Shown here piece after piece: positions 39,150 through 47,722 of a stretch of DNA of 64,000 nucleotides. Position numbers and translations under genes: made by a program. The stretch covers positions 32,001-96,000 of the IMG/VR virus record IMGVR_UViG_3300032516_000009; one strand, written 5' to 3'. The stretch is from a virus. The notes beneath the pieces were generated by a model. That model had not been told where the DNA came from. It did no database searches and saw only the letters and a program-made list of their open reading frames with translations. The first letter of the stretch is position 1. Each line of letters starts with the position of its first letter.

Positions 39150-39225
39150 TAGCGGAGGTGAGATTCGAACTCACGATCTCTTGGTTATGAGCCAAGTGGG
39201 AACGACCAGACTTCCCTACCCCGCA
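39150..39225 (-). tRNA. tRNA-Met(CAT), initiator-like
   Basis: Loop CTCATAA, unpaired 1:72. Confidence 0.85.
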
Positions 39226-39230
39226 ATATT

Positions 39231-39346
39231 TGGAATTGAACGTTCGAGGTGCGACGCTTTTGGGAGTCGGTCATCATTGTGTGACCGACTGTATATTCCT
39301 TATGAGGGAATGCGTGTTAGCGCCGCGAATTGAACATCCATTTCCA
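39231..39346 (-). ncRNA. Y-RNA-like RNA C
   Basis: GATGTTC AATTC GCGGCGCT AACACGC...AGCGTCGC ACCTC GAACGTT. Confidence 0.75.
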
Positions 39347-39355
39347 CTTTACATT

Positions 39356-39898
39356 TTAGCACCGATTGTTTACGGTGACAAGAATTGATCGCCAAGGCTG
39401 GGATCGCCATTCCCCAAATATCCCCATCTCTGTTACCAGTTTTATTACCGGTATGAACTGTTTCCAGGCTTCATACGGCATATCATTGCGAACGTAATTA
39501 CACCTAATGCATGCCGGTATAACATTATCTTTCATATGAGCCTTATTATTGTCTATCCTATCTAGTGTTATACGTAAAGATTTGCTTCCGCAGTATGAAC
39601 ACCCGTTCTGAATCAGATCGCGAACGAACTCGCGGTCTAAATCATTACCCTGCCTACCATGTCTCTGATCCGACTGTTTACTATCGTGCACAATAAACGT
39701 ATGCGGATATTTTTGTCGTCTTAGGGACCTATACTCTTTTTCCTGTATGGCAGTCTTATTTTTCTGACATTTATTGCATACTCTAGCTCTATGGCCATTC
39801 CATATACGACCACGTGACCCTGTAGGTCTAAGCCAACTCTTGGGAAACGCAGTAATCTTTTTCTTTAGAAGACATTTAGTACAGACTCTATGATCCAT
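39356..39898 (-). CDS. HNH-type endonuclease
   Basis: CSYCG..TLDRIDNNKAHMKDNVIPACIRCN. Confidence 0.85.
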   Translation of the reverse strand: MDHRVCTKCLLKKKITAFPKSWLRPTGSRGRIWNGHRARVCNKCQKNKTAIQEKEYRSLRRQKYPHTFIVHDSKQSDQRHGRQGNDLDREFVRDLIQNGCSYCGSKSLRITLDRIDNNKAHMKDNVIPACIRCNYVRNDMPYEAWKQFIPVIKLVTEMGIFGEWRSQPWRSILVTVNNRC

Positions 39899-39928
39899 AC
39901 TAACAAGCACTATGAAAGGTTTAGCACA

Positions 39929-39956
39929 TGCTTGTTAGGTCTCCCTGATGGACGCG
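39929..39956 (-). ncRNA. partial Y-like module (5' strand only), followed by an HNH gene
   Basis: GCGTCC ATCAG GGAGACCT AACAAGC; partner strand not found. Confidence 0.45.
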
Positions 39957-39961
39957 AGTAG

Positions 39962-40088
39962 CGGGGTGTTCCGGATTCGAACCGGTGCTTGTGAGGACTA
40001 CCGAGTGCTTCCTTAATAGAAGCGAGGAGCAATCCTGGTTGTTCCCAATTGCAAATAACTGGTGGGCTGCCATTGCCCTGTACACCCC
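39962..40088 (-). ncRNA. oversized tRNA-like RNA G2 (127 nt) with the Y-like module in the variable region
   Basis: Acceptor GGGGTGT/ACACCCC, D arm GGGC/GCCC, module AGGATTGC TCCTC GCTTC...GAAGC ACTCG GTAGTCCT CACAAGC, T arm. Confidence 0.8.
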
Positions 40089-40091
40089 AAA

Positions 40092-40180
40092 ATGTAAACG
40101 TTCGAGACGCGGTGCTTGGTTTCAGCTTCTTTACCTTAGCAGGGTATTGCTTGTTAGCACTGCAATTTGAACGCCTACAT
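40092..40180 (-). ncRNA. Y-RNA-like RNA D
   Basis: GGCGTTC AAATT GCAGTGCT AACAAGC...AGCACCGC GTCTC GAACGTT. Confidence 0.75.
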
Positions 40181-40201
40181 CAAACTTTACATTGAGCCAT
40201 A

Positions 40202-40777
40202 TTAAATGCGAGTGGCCCCGCCCGGGAAGATTTGATATCCGATTTTCTTCCCGTGTTCGATGAAAATCTGAACTGACATGGCCATATATGACGAAACTAT
40301 TGAAATAAATGGCAAATGTTCCCCATTTTCACAGGTAGCAGCCCCGGCATTAGTTTCATCGTCAATTTGGAAGCTTTCGTCCCAAATGGATCGACCGAAT
40401 TGTCCATCGGCAGCCAGCGCGCCATGAAGACATGGAACCTTATTCTGGCGTGCGAAATTTTGCACCAGCCTTCGAGCTTCACCATTATCTAAACAATCAA
40501 CGATAAGATCTGACTGTGAAAGAAGTTGACTATCGTTATTAGCTACGAGTTTGTGAGGAATTACCTGAACCTTCAAACCAAATAGAAATTGCAGTGTCTG
40601 CTGAAGTGCCACCACCTTGGCCTTCCCGACGGAAGATTTGGCGTGGAACTGGGACATTACGTTCTTCTGTTCAATTCTATCAAAGTCAATAACGCGGATG
40701 GACACGCCTAGATTCCGCAGCAAAGGAACCAAATGAGAACCCAGTGCCCCAACACCAACGATCGTTACAATCTTCAT
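40202..40777 (-). CDS. ThiF/E1-like adenylyltransferase
   Basis: IVGVGALGS, IDFDRIEQKN..SQ, VDCLDN.EAR, candidate catalytic Cys in ATCE. Confidence 0.9.
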   Translation of the reverse strand: MKIVTIVGVGALGSHLVPLLRNLGVSIRVIDFDRIEQKNVMSQFHAKSSVGKAKVVALQQTLQFLFGLKVQVIPHKLVANNDSQLLSQSDLIVDCLDNGEARRLVQNFARQNKVPCLHGALAADGQFGRSIWDESFQIDDETNAGAATCENGEHLPFISIVSSYMAMSVQIFIEHGKKIGYQIFPGGATRI

Positions 40778-41010
40778 TTATTCTTCTTGGTCTTTATGCG
40801 TTTACGAACATTAGTCTTTCCGCGCCACCGGCAATTTTGTTCGTGTTTCTTAGCGCTCTTCTCAGCAGATTCCTGGGTGAAGAACTTATAACTGGATCCC
40901 CAATAAGCTTCACATACCCCATCGAAATCTGCTGAGAAGCACCCGTGTCGATTGTCTCGCCCATCACAGCGGTATTCCCAATCACGGGTCTTTTTACGTG
41001 CAGTAGCCAT
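40774..41010 (-). CDS. small basic Cys/His protein
   Basis: GAGG before ATG; stop overlaps the E1 start. Confidence 0.5.
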   Translation of the reverse strand: MATARKKTRDWEYRCDGRDNRHGCFSADFDGVCEAYWGSSYKFFTQESAEKSAKKHEQNCRWRGKTNVRKRIKTKKNK

Positions 41011-41020
41011 GAATTCCTCG

Positions 41021-41389
41021 TTACCCCCGGAGCCGGCGCCGACGTCCGAATGGCGTCTTAGGTCGAAGCATGCAACGTGCGACAGGCACGGCCTCATTCG
41101 CCGGGAACCTATCGACCACGAAATCCGTGAAATCCGCATTCGGATCGGCCGGAATTCCCGGCACGCTCCCAGCACGTACAGCCTCGGTCGCCCAACGCTT
41201 AATGTCTGCGTCACTGGCGTCCCTAGTTACTGGATCGGGCAAATCCCCGTTGGCGCCATTGTAGGTTACGTTGAGTCTGGCCATGTCGGCTTCCATGACC
41301 TCAGCAACCATACTCATGCGCTCTCCAGGCTCCCCAACTAGGTCAACAGCCGCCTCAATCCTATCAACCGCGTCGTTTCGATCTACCAT
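41021..41389 (-). CDS. putative ubiquitin-like (beta-grasp) protein
   Basis: Strong SD; ends with a beta strand then RPKTPFG-RRRRLRG; lies in the E1/JAB operon. Confidence 0.65.
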   Translation of the reverse strand: MVDRNDAVDRIEAAVDLVGEPGERMSMVAEVMEADMARLNVTYNGANGDLPDPVTRDASDADIKRWATEAVRAGSVPGIPADPNADFTDFVVDRFPANEAVPVARCMLRPKTPFGRRRRLRG

Positions 41390-41435
41390 TTGCGTCTCCT
41401 CCTGTTATTTACACCGGAAGTCTTGAAATTTACGA

Positions 41436-41648
41436 CTATCGTGAATGAATATATTCTTTCCACATATCATCCCAATAATCAGCGTATTCTTTTGAACAAT
41501 CTTCGCAGAACCAATATCCCGCACCAACCTCTTCATCAGCATAGGCCGTAAGAGACGGGTGAAACGCTATCTCTTTCGTATCGCCACATCGTTCACATTC
41601 GACTTCCATCACCTCAGTAACTATGGCAATGGCGTCTGTGGCATTCAT
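41436..41648 (-). CDS. small Zn-finger protein
   Basis: CERC, CEDC. Confidence 0.55.
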   Translation of the reverse strand: MNATDAIAIVTEVMEVECERCGDTKEIAFHPSLTAYADEEVGAGYWFCEDCSKEYADYWDDMWKEYIHSR

Positions 41649-42157
41649 GTAACTGGATGCAACTGCTGGATCATTTGTTCCATATATTCAAGCTGATCCT
41701 GCGGCCCAATAACTTCACGCCGCGTATCACCTGCTTTAACTAGGATGATGATTTTATCTGATGCAAGATGATTCAGTAAATCTTGTGATTTATCAAAAGA
41801 GCCCGGAATAACCTCCCTGGCAACCAATGCCTGCCCTCCGGGATAAATAATGGCTCTATCATTTGCCAATGTCACATCAAATACGATCCCCAAGGAGTCA
41901 GGTCGATCCTTATTAGTAAGTAATCCTAATCGCCAAAGACAACTCCATGCTCTGCATCCAGATGGGCGCTTGTTGTAAATAGCGCAGCCATCTTGGCCAA
42001 CGTGCGGACATGATTCGAATGCGGGTTTATTGATTTCTCCAACAGCCTGAGAAAAACAACAAGCCGTACAGGGGCCACAGCAGCGATTCTTCATCGCTTG
42101 CTTGATCGAATGCTGCATCTGTTTTTTAGATGCCCTGCGAGCCGCTCTATTACTCAT
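41645..42157 (-). CDS. CxxCxxCC (YkgJ-like) protein
   Basis: CGPCTACC, CPH, GCAIYNKRPSGCR. Confidence 0.8.
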   Translation of the reverse strand: MSNRAARRASKKQMQHSIKQAMKNRCCGPCTACCFSQAVGEINKPAFESCPHVGQDGCAIYNKRPSGCRAWSCLWRLGLLTNKDRPDSLGIVFDVTLANDRAIIYPGGQALVAREVIPGSFDKSQDLLNHLASDKIIILVKAGDTRREVIGPQDQLEYMEQMIQQLHPVT

Positions 42158-42361
42158 CTAGCTATCCTGTATTGATTCGACGATTGCGACACTACATTCT
42201 CCGATAATGCTATCTTCTAAACCATCACCCGTAACATAAGTTGTGCTGTTATTGTAGCTTACTGGAGGGTTCCCGCGTAAAACTAAGAGATGCCACCCGC
42301 AGCGGCATTCCCATTCGTCATTGGGCCCATTTCTTCCTATCCATTTCCATTTGTGTGACAT
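42158..42361 (-). CDS. small Zn-ribbon protein
   Basis: HKW...WECRCG...EC...IQDS. Confidence 0.6.
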   Translation of the reverse strand: MSHKWKWIGRNGPNDEWECRCGWHLLVLRGNPPVSYNNSTTYVTGDGLEDSIIGECSVAIVESIQDS

Positions 42362-42567
42362 TATTCGTTCTGTATTGATCTAACAATTTTTACATCACAT
42401 TCATCATACATATTTTCAACTGGTTCTCCTATAATCGTTAAATCAATTTCTGGAGATAACCCCGGTCTTGTCATAATGTAACTGCCGCATCTTTTACATG
42501 TCCATTCATCGTACATGGGGGTAGCACCCTTGTGCACTCTGGTTGATTTTTCCCATTCATGTGCCAT
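42361..42567 (-). CDS. small Zn-ribbon protein, paralog
   Basis: HEW...WTCKRCG...ECD...IQNE. Confidence 0.6.
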   Translation of the reverse strand: MAHEWEKSTRVHKGATPMYDEWTCKRCGSYIMTRPGLSPEIDLTIIGEPVENMYDECDVKIVRSIQNE

Positions 42568-42937
42568 ATGAGGCTTTACGTAGATCGTCGACCCAATCTA
42601 AACAATCACTCAATTCCGATTCCAGATTTGATACTTGATAATCACATTTATCCGGTCCTTTCCACATAACTAATGAAACATAATACTGATTGATTATCCA
42701 CCAGTTGAGTCTTCGACCTAAAGCCGCTTCGACTGCGGCAAAAGTCGTAATATCTTCCCAGGAAGGCCCAACAGGCCCGCTACCTGGATGGGAATGAGCA
42801 AATCCATCCAAGGTGTGCCTGAATTTCCAAAATTGATTCCATAATTCAGTACTATCTGGTAGACATGAAGTACTGCGATCCGGTGGTATGTGCCAGTATA
42901 ATGGTTCACCTTTACTAATTATTACACCTGCTTCCAT
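42557..42937 (-). CDS. JAB/MPN+ metallo-isopeptidase
   Basis: N-terminal Glu and HSHPGSGPVGPSWED (HxH...SxxD). Confidence 0.88.
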   Translation of the reverse strand: MEAGVIISKGEPLYWHIPPDRSTSCLPDSTELWNQFWKFRHTLDGFAHSHPGSGPVGPSWEDITTFAAVEAALGRRLNWWIINQYYVSLVMWKGPDKCDYQVSNLESELSDCLDWVDDLRKASYGT

Positions 42938-42993
42938 AACTAAAAATACATGAATGAAATAACCATTTTCGGATTTTAATCATTATTTCAGTT

Positions 42994-43779
42994 ATGAGAA
43001 AATGGCGAGACGATCAATTGATCGAAGCTGTTAAAGCATCCCGTAATATATCAGAAGTAATAACTAGATTATATGATACGGAATGCGGTGGTCATTTTAA
43101 AACAGTTTGGAAATATGTTAACCAATTACAATTAGATGTATCTCATTTTTCTAAGATCCCGGGTCCTACCGGTGTTGAATACCAGCCACAATATACGGAT
43201 TCAATTCTATGTGAAAATAGTTCTATAAGTCATGGTACATTGCGTGCGTATTTATTACGTAATCGGATTATTCCATATACATGTATTCTATGTAATAATG
43301 ACGGATATCATAATGGCAACAGGTTAGTATTACAATTAGACCACATAAATGGCATTAAAAATGATAATAGGACAACGAATCTTAGATTTTTATGCCCAAA
43401 CTGTCATAGTCAAACGAAGACTTTCGGTAGAAAATCGCCAAAACCCTGCCCGAAGGGTCGAATTGGATCACTAAAATCGCCATGCCCACCACGCAGAAAA
43501 TTAGACCATTCAAAAATATTATCATTATATGAACAAGGCATAAGCATGCCAATTATAGCTCATCAATTTGGAGTTAAACACGCCGCTATACGGTACATAT
43601 GTAAAAAATCACATATGTATAAGGGCAGAAATGAACATAGAGACCTAGTTAATTTGCGTAAACAAGCAATCTCCATGGTAAACTCCGGTCACAGTAGACG
43701 CAAAGCAGCAAGTTTACTTGGGGCTTCTAATAATTCAGTGGCTCGATGGATACGTGAACAAAATCACATCACTTCATAG
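42994..43779 (+). CDS. HNH homing endonuclease with HTH domains
   Basis: LQLDHINGIKNDNRTTNLRFLCPNCHSQT. Confidence 0.9.
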   Translation: MRKWRDDQLIEAVKASRNISEVITRLYDTECGGHFKTVWKYVNQLQLDVSHFSKIPGPTGVEYQPQYTDSILCENSSISHGTLRAYLLRNRIIPYTCILCNNDGYHNGNRLVLQLDHINGIKNDNRTTNLRFLCPNCHSQTKTFGRKSPKPCPKGRIGSLKSPCPPRRKLDHSKILSLYEQGISMPIIAHQFGVKHAAIRYICKKSHMYKGRNEHRDLVNLRKQAISMVNSGHSRRKAASLLGASNNSVARWIREQNHITS

Positions 43780-43961
43780 ATTCTACGAGTCACTTGGGGA
43801 ATTGAAGCTTCCCGGAACTTGTAGTCCGTGCGTTCGTCTACGGCCTCGATTTCAAGCATTGACCCGTCGGTGAACTCAATGGAGCCATACTTAATGTCTA
43901 GGTTTACACTCTTGATGGTCTTATTTGCGATCTTCTCCGCAATCTCATAGCTTTTCGTATA

Positions 43962-44939
43962 TTACCAATCCTCGTCTTCATCTCTATCATCGTCCACGTG
44001 TCTGAACACATGAAGTACCCTCTTGTGTTCCGCTTCTCTAATTACACCCGGAAGGGATTCTAGCGTGAAGTACGCATCCCCTCTCTCCCCAGTGTGGTGA
44101 TCAGTTAAACAAATACCAGCTTCAATTATCTGAAGAGTGCGTGCATCACACGTACATTCGAATCGTCTTTGGTTTATCCTGAATGTAACAACCATTTCAC
44201 CACGATTGTATGAACATCGGTGATCTAAGTACTCAGCGCCTCCAATAGCCAGAGCCGCTCGAGCCGCTTCCCCGAAATCGACTTGTGCCATGGTGCGACG
44301 ACCAGCGGCATCACCAAGCTGTTTGACTAATTGCGCTCGCCGTTCTTCCTTTGCTCGCCGTTCTTCCTCTTCTACTCGGCGTCGTTCGGCTTCAGCTCGG
44401 CGTCGTTCGGCTTCAGCACGATACCAAGTCTCCATTCTGAACGCTGCATCGAGTGCTGGCGAAACACCTTGAACATCATTGACAGAATCAGCTCTGTTTT
44501 GATATGCTTCTGCGACTTTCTCTTCCGGTCCTAATGGCATTTCTTGATTTTGGTAGATCAGCGGGCCATCGTCACAAACTCGACCGGCAGCAATACGAAC
44601 AAACCTATCGAGTCCAGGTTCGATCAAATAAACTTGTTCTGAACAACTGATAAGTTGTGTGGGATCCGGGTCAACTCGAACATTATCGAGGACAATCCGA
44701 TCTCCAATTAGATACCCATGAACTACGGACCTTAGGATTTCTGGTATTGCGTCAGCAGTTCCTTTAACCGTAGCTTTGCGAGCGGAAATTTTGAAACTAA
44801 ACCATCCATGCTCGCGGGGTAATGCCCCGTCAATATGCCATACACGATCGATAGATCGGAGAGATCTACTTCCAGTCCAAGGAAGAACTGTAACTTCTTC
44901 GTTAGATTGTAGTAGATCTCTCCAACCCATCACTGTCAC
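43962..44939 (-). CDS. putative E2-like (UBC-fold) domain protein with central coiled coil
   Basis: C-terminal AGICL...FTLESLPGVIRE resembles the UBC GxICL catalytic motif; translationally coupled to the TROVE gene. Confidence 0.5.
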   Translation of the reverse strand: MTVMGWRDLLQSNEEVTVLPWTGSRSLRSIDRVWHIDGALPREHGWFSFKISARKATVKGTADAIPEILRSVVHGYLIGDRIVLDNVRVDPDPTQLISCSEQVYLIEPGLDRFVRIAAGRVCDDGPLIYQNQEMPLGPEEKVAEAYQNRADSVNDVQGVSPALDAAFRMETWYRAEAERRRAEAERRRVEEEERRAKEERRAQLVKQLGDAAGRRTMAQVDFGEAARAALAIGGAEYLDHRCSYNRGEMVVTFRINQRRFECTCDARTLQIIEAGICLTDHHTGERGDAYFTLESLPGVIREAEHKRVLHVFRHVDDDRDEDEDW

Positions 44940-46798
44940 GCAGCAAATGATGGCTTAGCTAGAAGATCCGTTTGTAGGATCGTCTCGACCAAAGATACAC
45001 GGTGAACCGTGCGACTTACAGTGGTCTTCGACTGCCCGACCGGAGTAGACGCTACGAGCGCCCTGATCGTACGCGGAATCGCGTACACATCCTCGAACGT
45101 CTTTTCATCGATCAAGAAGCATGGGATCTTCAGCTGATCTGCCGTGTCCTGAACCGCCCTGTAGTGAGGATTGTTCCTGACTTTGACAAATCCGAATGCC
45201 ATCGGGTTCAGGCCCGACGCATTCACCGCTGCAGTGAATGGCCCCGCTTCCTCATCCCCAATGAACATAAATAGTGTGTCTTCGTTTGGAAGAGGCTGAT
45301 ACTTCATCAAGGCCCTGACGCCAGCGCCGTAATCGGTCCCGCCGCCCGCGGAAATACCACGGAAGGCGTTCTCGACCCCGGCAGCGGAGGGATGCTTCAA
45401 GGGGAGTTCACGTCCTGCCGTATTGAAGACGGAGATGTGAACCTTATCCGGTGGAAACGCCTGGAGAAACTTAGCTACGTGGCTCTTCGCCTGGACAATA
45501 GCATCCTCCATGGACCCGGAAATATCAACCATGAAGTAGACTCGGATTCCCTTCATGACTTCCTCTACCGCCTTTTGAACGGCGGTGTCAGCAGCCTCTT
45601 GAAGTTTTTCCTTCGTCTGCTTGTTCTTCACCCTGGATGCGATATTGGCAGCGCGCATGTCATCTGCAGACTTAACTGCCTTTTCCCAACGGTTCTTGAC
45701 TTCCTGTACCTTCAGTAGGCCAAGCTCTTCAAGTGTTGGCGTTGCGATGATCAAGTCCTTGTCAGACATGGCCCCGGATTCGATGGCCGCTGTGACGATG
45801 GCTCGAGTGAGTCCAACGCTCTTCGGCACCAGTCCGACAATGCGCTTATACCCGGGCTTCTCCTTGATGATTTGTTCGCAGATCTGCATCTCATTAAGAT
45901 CGCCCCAGTTGTCCGCCGCCTTCACCGCTTGTCCGATGGCCATCGTGCGACGACCATCCTTGGCCTGGGACTGCTTCCAGCGCAAAGCTTCAAAGAATTG
46001 CGGCATGATAGGCTTGTAACCTACCCGACGCGCCAATTCCATGACAGTCGTGCGGAATCCCGCCTTCATAAGCCCCCGCATCAGATTCGGATTGGCCTCT
46101 CGGTGTTCCAGCCATTTCGTTACAACCTTTGGCCATCGACCGAGGAACGGATGACGAGCCGACTTGCCGAAACCAAGCTCGCGATTGATCTCGGCCACTT
46201 GAGGCATGGACAAGATATCGTGAATACGCAGAAGTAACTTGGGATTTAGGTCCTTACCGTCACGACGAATGATCAGCGCCATGGCTTCTCCGACGTCTCT
46301 ATAGTCTTCGTCATGAAATGCGACGGTGTCACCATCCTTAACCGGATCGCCCTTACGGCTCTGTACAAGCATCAATGCCGCAAGAACGACTTTGAGATCC
46401 CGATGCTCCTGAGCGAAAGCGTAAGACGCCCATCGAGCGGAGAACTCGTTGTCAAGTCGCCAAACCTCAACGACTTGGCGATACATCCAGGTAACAACTT
46501 CAGGAAAGAGTCCTGCCGGTCGGTAGTCACCGACCTTCCTGCGGTCTTCGGTACGAATAGTATTATCGGCCCAAAGAGTACCAATCTTGACCTTGTTTGT
46601 CTTTCGTCCAACCTTGGTCAGTTGATACACAACCTTTTGACCGTTCTCCTCCTTATGGGTTACGGGAGTCCATTTCACTCCAACAACCGCAGTGGGATCG
46701 GGAACCACGATCCCCGGCCTTCCGTGATATGCATGATCCACATATGACAAAATGGACTGAATAGTGCGCTCGGCTGGTCCTAAATTCTCATTTTGCAC
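44936..46798 (-). CDS. divergent Ro60/TROVE-vWA protein
   Basis: Helical N-domain with TROVE-like FRTTVMELARRVGYKP and DLIIATPTLEELGLL; C-terminal vWA MIDAS VDISGSM, GGGTD, FIGDEE; GTG start after AGGAG. Confidence 0.7.
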   Translation of the reverse strand: MQNENLGPAERTIQSILSYVDHAYHGRPGIVVPDPTAVVGVKWTPVTHKEENGQKVVYQLTKVGRKTNKVKIGTLWADNTIRTEDRRKVGDYRPAGLFPEVVTWMYRQVVEVWRLDNEFSARWASYAFAQEHRDLKVVLAALMLVQSRKGDPVKDGDTVAFHDEDYRDVGEAMALIIRRDGKDLNPKLLLRIHDILSMPQVAEINRELGFGKSARHPFLGRWPKVVTKWLEHREANPNLMRGLMKAGFRTTVMELARRVGYKPIMPQFFEALRWKQSQAKDGRRTMAIGQAVKAADNWGDLNEMQICEQIIKEKPGYKRIVGLVPKSVGLTRAIVTAAIESGAMSDKDLIIATPTLEELGLLKVQEVKNRWEKAVKSADDMRAANIASRVKNKQTKEKLQEAADTAVQKAVEEVMKGIRVYFMVDISGSMEDAIVQAKSHVAKFLQAFPPDKVHISVFNTAGRELPLKHPSAAGVENAFRGISAGGGTDYGAGVRALMKYQPLPNEDTLFMFIGDEEAGPFTAAVNASGLNPMAFGFVKVRNNPHYRAVQDTADQLKIPCFLIDEKTFEDVYAIPRTIRALVASTPVGQSKTTVSRTVHRVSLVETILQTDLLAKPSFAA

Positions 46799-47429
46799 TT
46801 GCTTTCTCCTGTTTTCGTTTGTGTGTACGTATCTTATGACAGTTGGCACATACTACGTCACACTTTTTAATTTCATCAAGTAATTGTCTTAATGATCCTT
46901 TGAATATGAGCGTACTAACCTTAGTTATTTTGGTTGAAGGATCACGATGGTCGAAATCCATGACATATGTTGGGTACGTTTCTTTACAGTCCATGCATGG
47001 CTGTTCTTTAAATGTTTCAACTACATGTTTTAACTTCGCTACCGTTCTAGCCTTTGACAAATATTCACCACGTTTATTTAGATACTCAGCCTTTCTTTTG
47101 GAAGATTGACATTTTCGACATCTAATGCTGCGTCTACCAAGTGACTTTCCATTCCAGCCGAATTCAATTGTGAGTTTCTTACACCCACAGTCACAACATT
47201 TAGTATATTTTGGTTCGATAATGCCAGATTTCACTGCTTCTCGACATTTTTGTCTATAACGTTCTTCCCGAGCCTTAACAACGTTTAAATGTGATGCACG
47301 GTATTCTCTCCTGTAAACAATAGAACATTGTTTACAGCGAGCATGTCTTTCTTGCCTTGCTTTCGATCTCCAATGGAATTCAGATTCCGATTTTAAAATT
47401 TTACATTGGATGCATTGTTTATTAACCAT
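46788..47429 (-). CDS. HNH homing endonuclease
   Basis: PCMDC...MDFDHRDP...KCDVVCANCHKIRT. Confidence 0.88.
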   Translation of the reverse strand: MVNKQCIQCKILKSESEFHWRSKARQERHARCKQCSIVYRREYRASHLNVVKAREERYRQKCREAVKSGIIEPKYTKCCDCGCKKLTIEFGWNGKSLGRRSIRCRKCQSSKRKAEYLNKRGEYLSKARTVAKLKHVVETFKEQPCMDCKETYPTYVMDFDHRDPSTKITKVSTLIFKGSLRQLLDEIKKCDVVCANCHKIRTHKRKQEKASAK

Positions 47430-47467
47430 GAGTTACTATACCATACGATTTCGTTACTCATAATTAC

Positions 47468-47521
47468 ACCAGACTTCACTCGATTTTCGGTCTGCACATC
47501 GAAAATCGAGTGAAGTCTGGT
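47468..47521. repeat. perfect 22-bp inverted repeat
   Basis: ACCAGACTTCACTCGATTTTCG-N10-CGAAAATCGAGTGAAGTCTGGT. Confidence 0.9.
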
Positions 47522-47543
47522 ACAGCGTACAAATTTACACCAG

Positions 47544-47616
47544 CACCCCCTATTGGATTCGAACCAATGTGATCCTCTTTAGGAAAGAGGTGCCTGATCC
47601 GCTAGGCTAAGGGGGC
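47544..47616 (-). tRNA. tRNA-Arg(CCT)
   Basis: Loop TTCCTAA. Confidence 0.9.
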
Positions 47617-47621
47617 GATAG

Positions 47622-47695
47622 GGTGATGTACCGGTAACGATCCGGCCAATCCTGGAGCCACAATCCAGTGGGTTCTCCTGCTCCCTCACATCACC
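47622..47695 (-). tRNA. tRNA-His(GTG)
   Basis: Loop TTGTGGC, G-1:C73. Confidence 0.8.
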
Positions 47696-47722
47696 ATAAA
47701 TTTTTGGTTGGATGACTAATAT

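Noticed and set aside
37970-40180. CRISPR array reading of the recurring GCTAACAAGC/CTCGAAC motifs
   Set aside because: Copies are degenerate with compensatory pairing and irregular spacing, and there are no cas genes; this fits structured RNAs
40202-41389. Ordinary ThiS/MoaD sulfur-relay pathway
   Set aside because: No thiamine, molybdopterin or tRNA-thiolation enzymes nearby and an E2-like gene is present; not fully excluded without biochemistry
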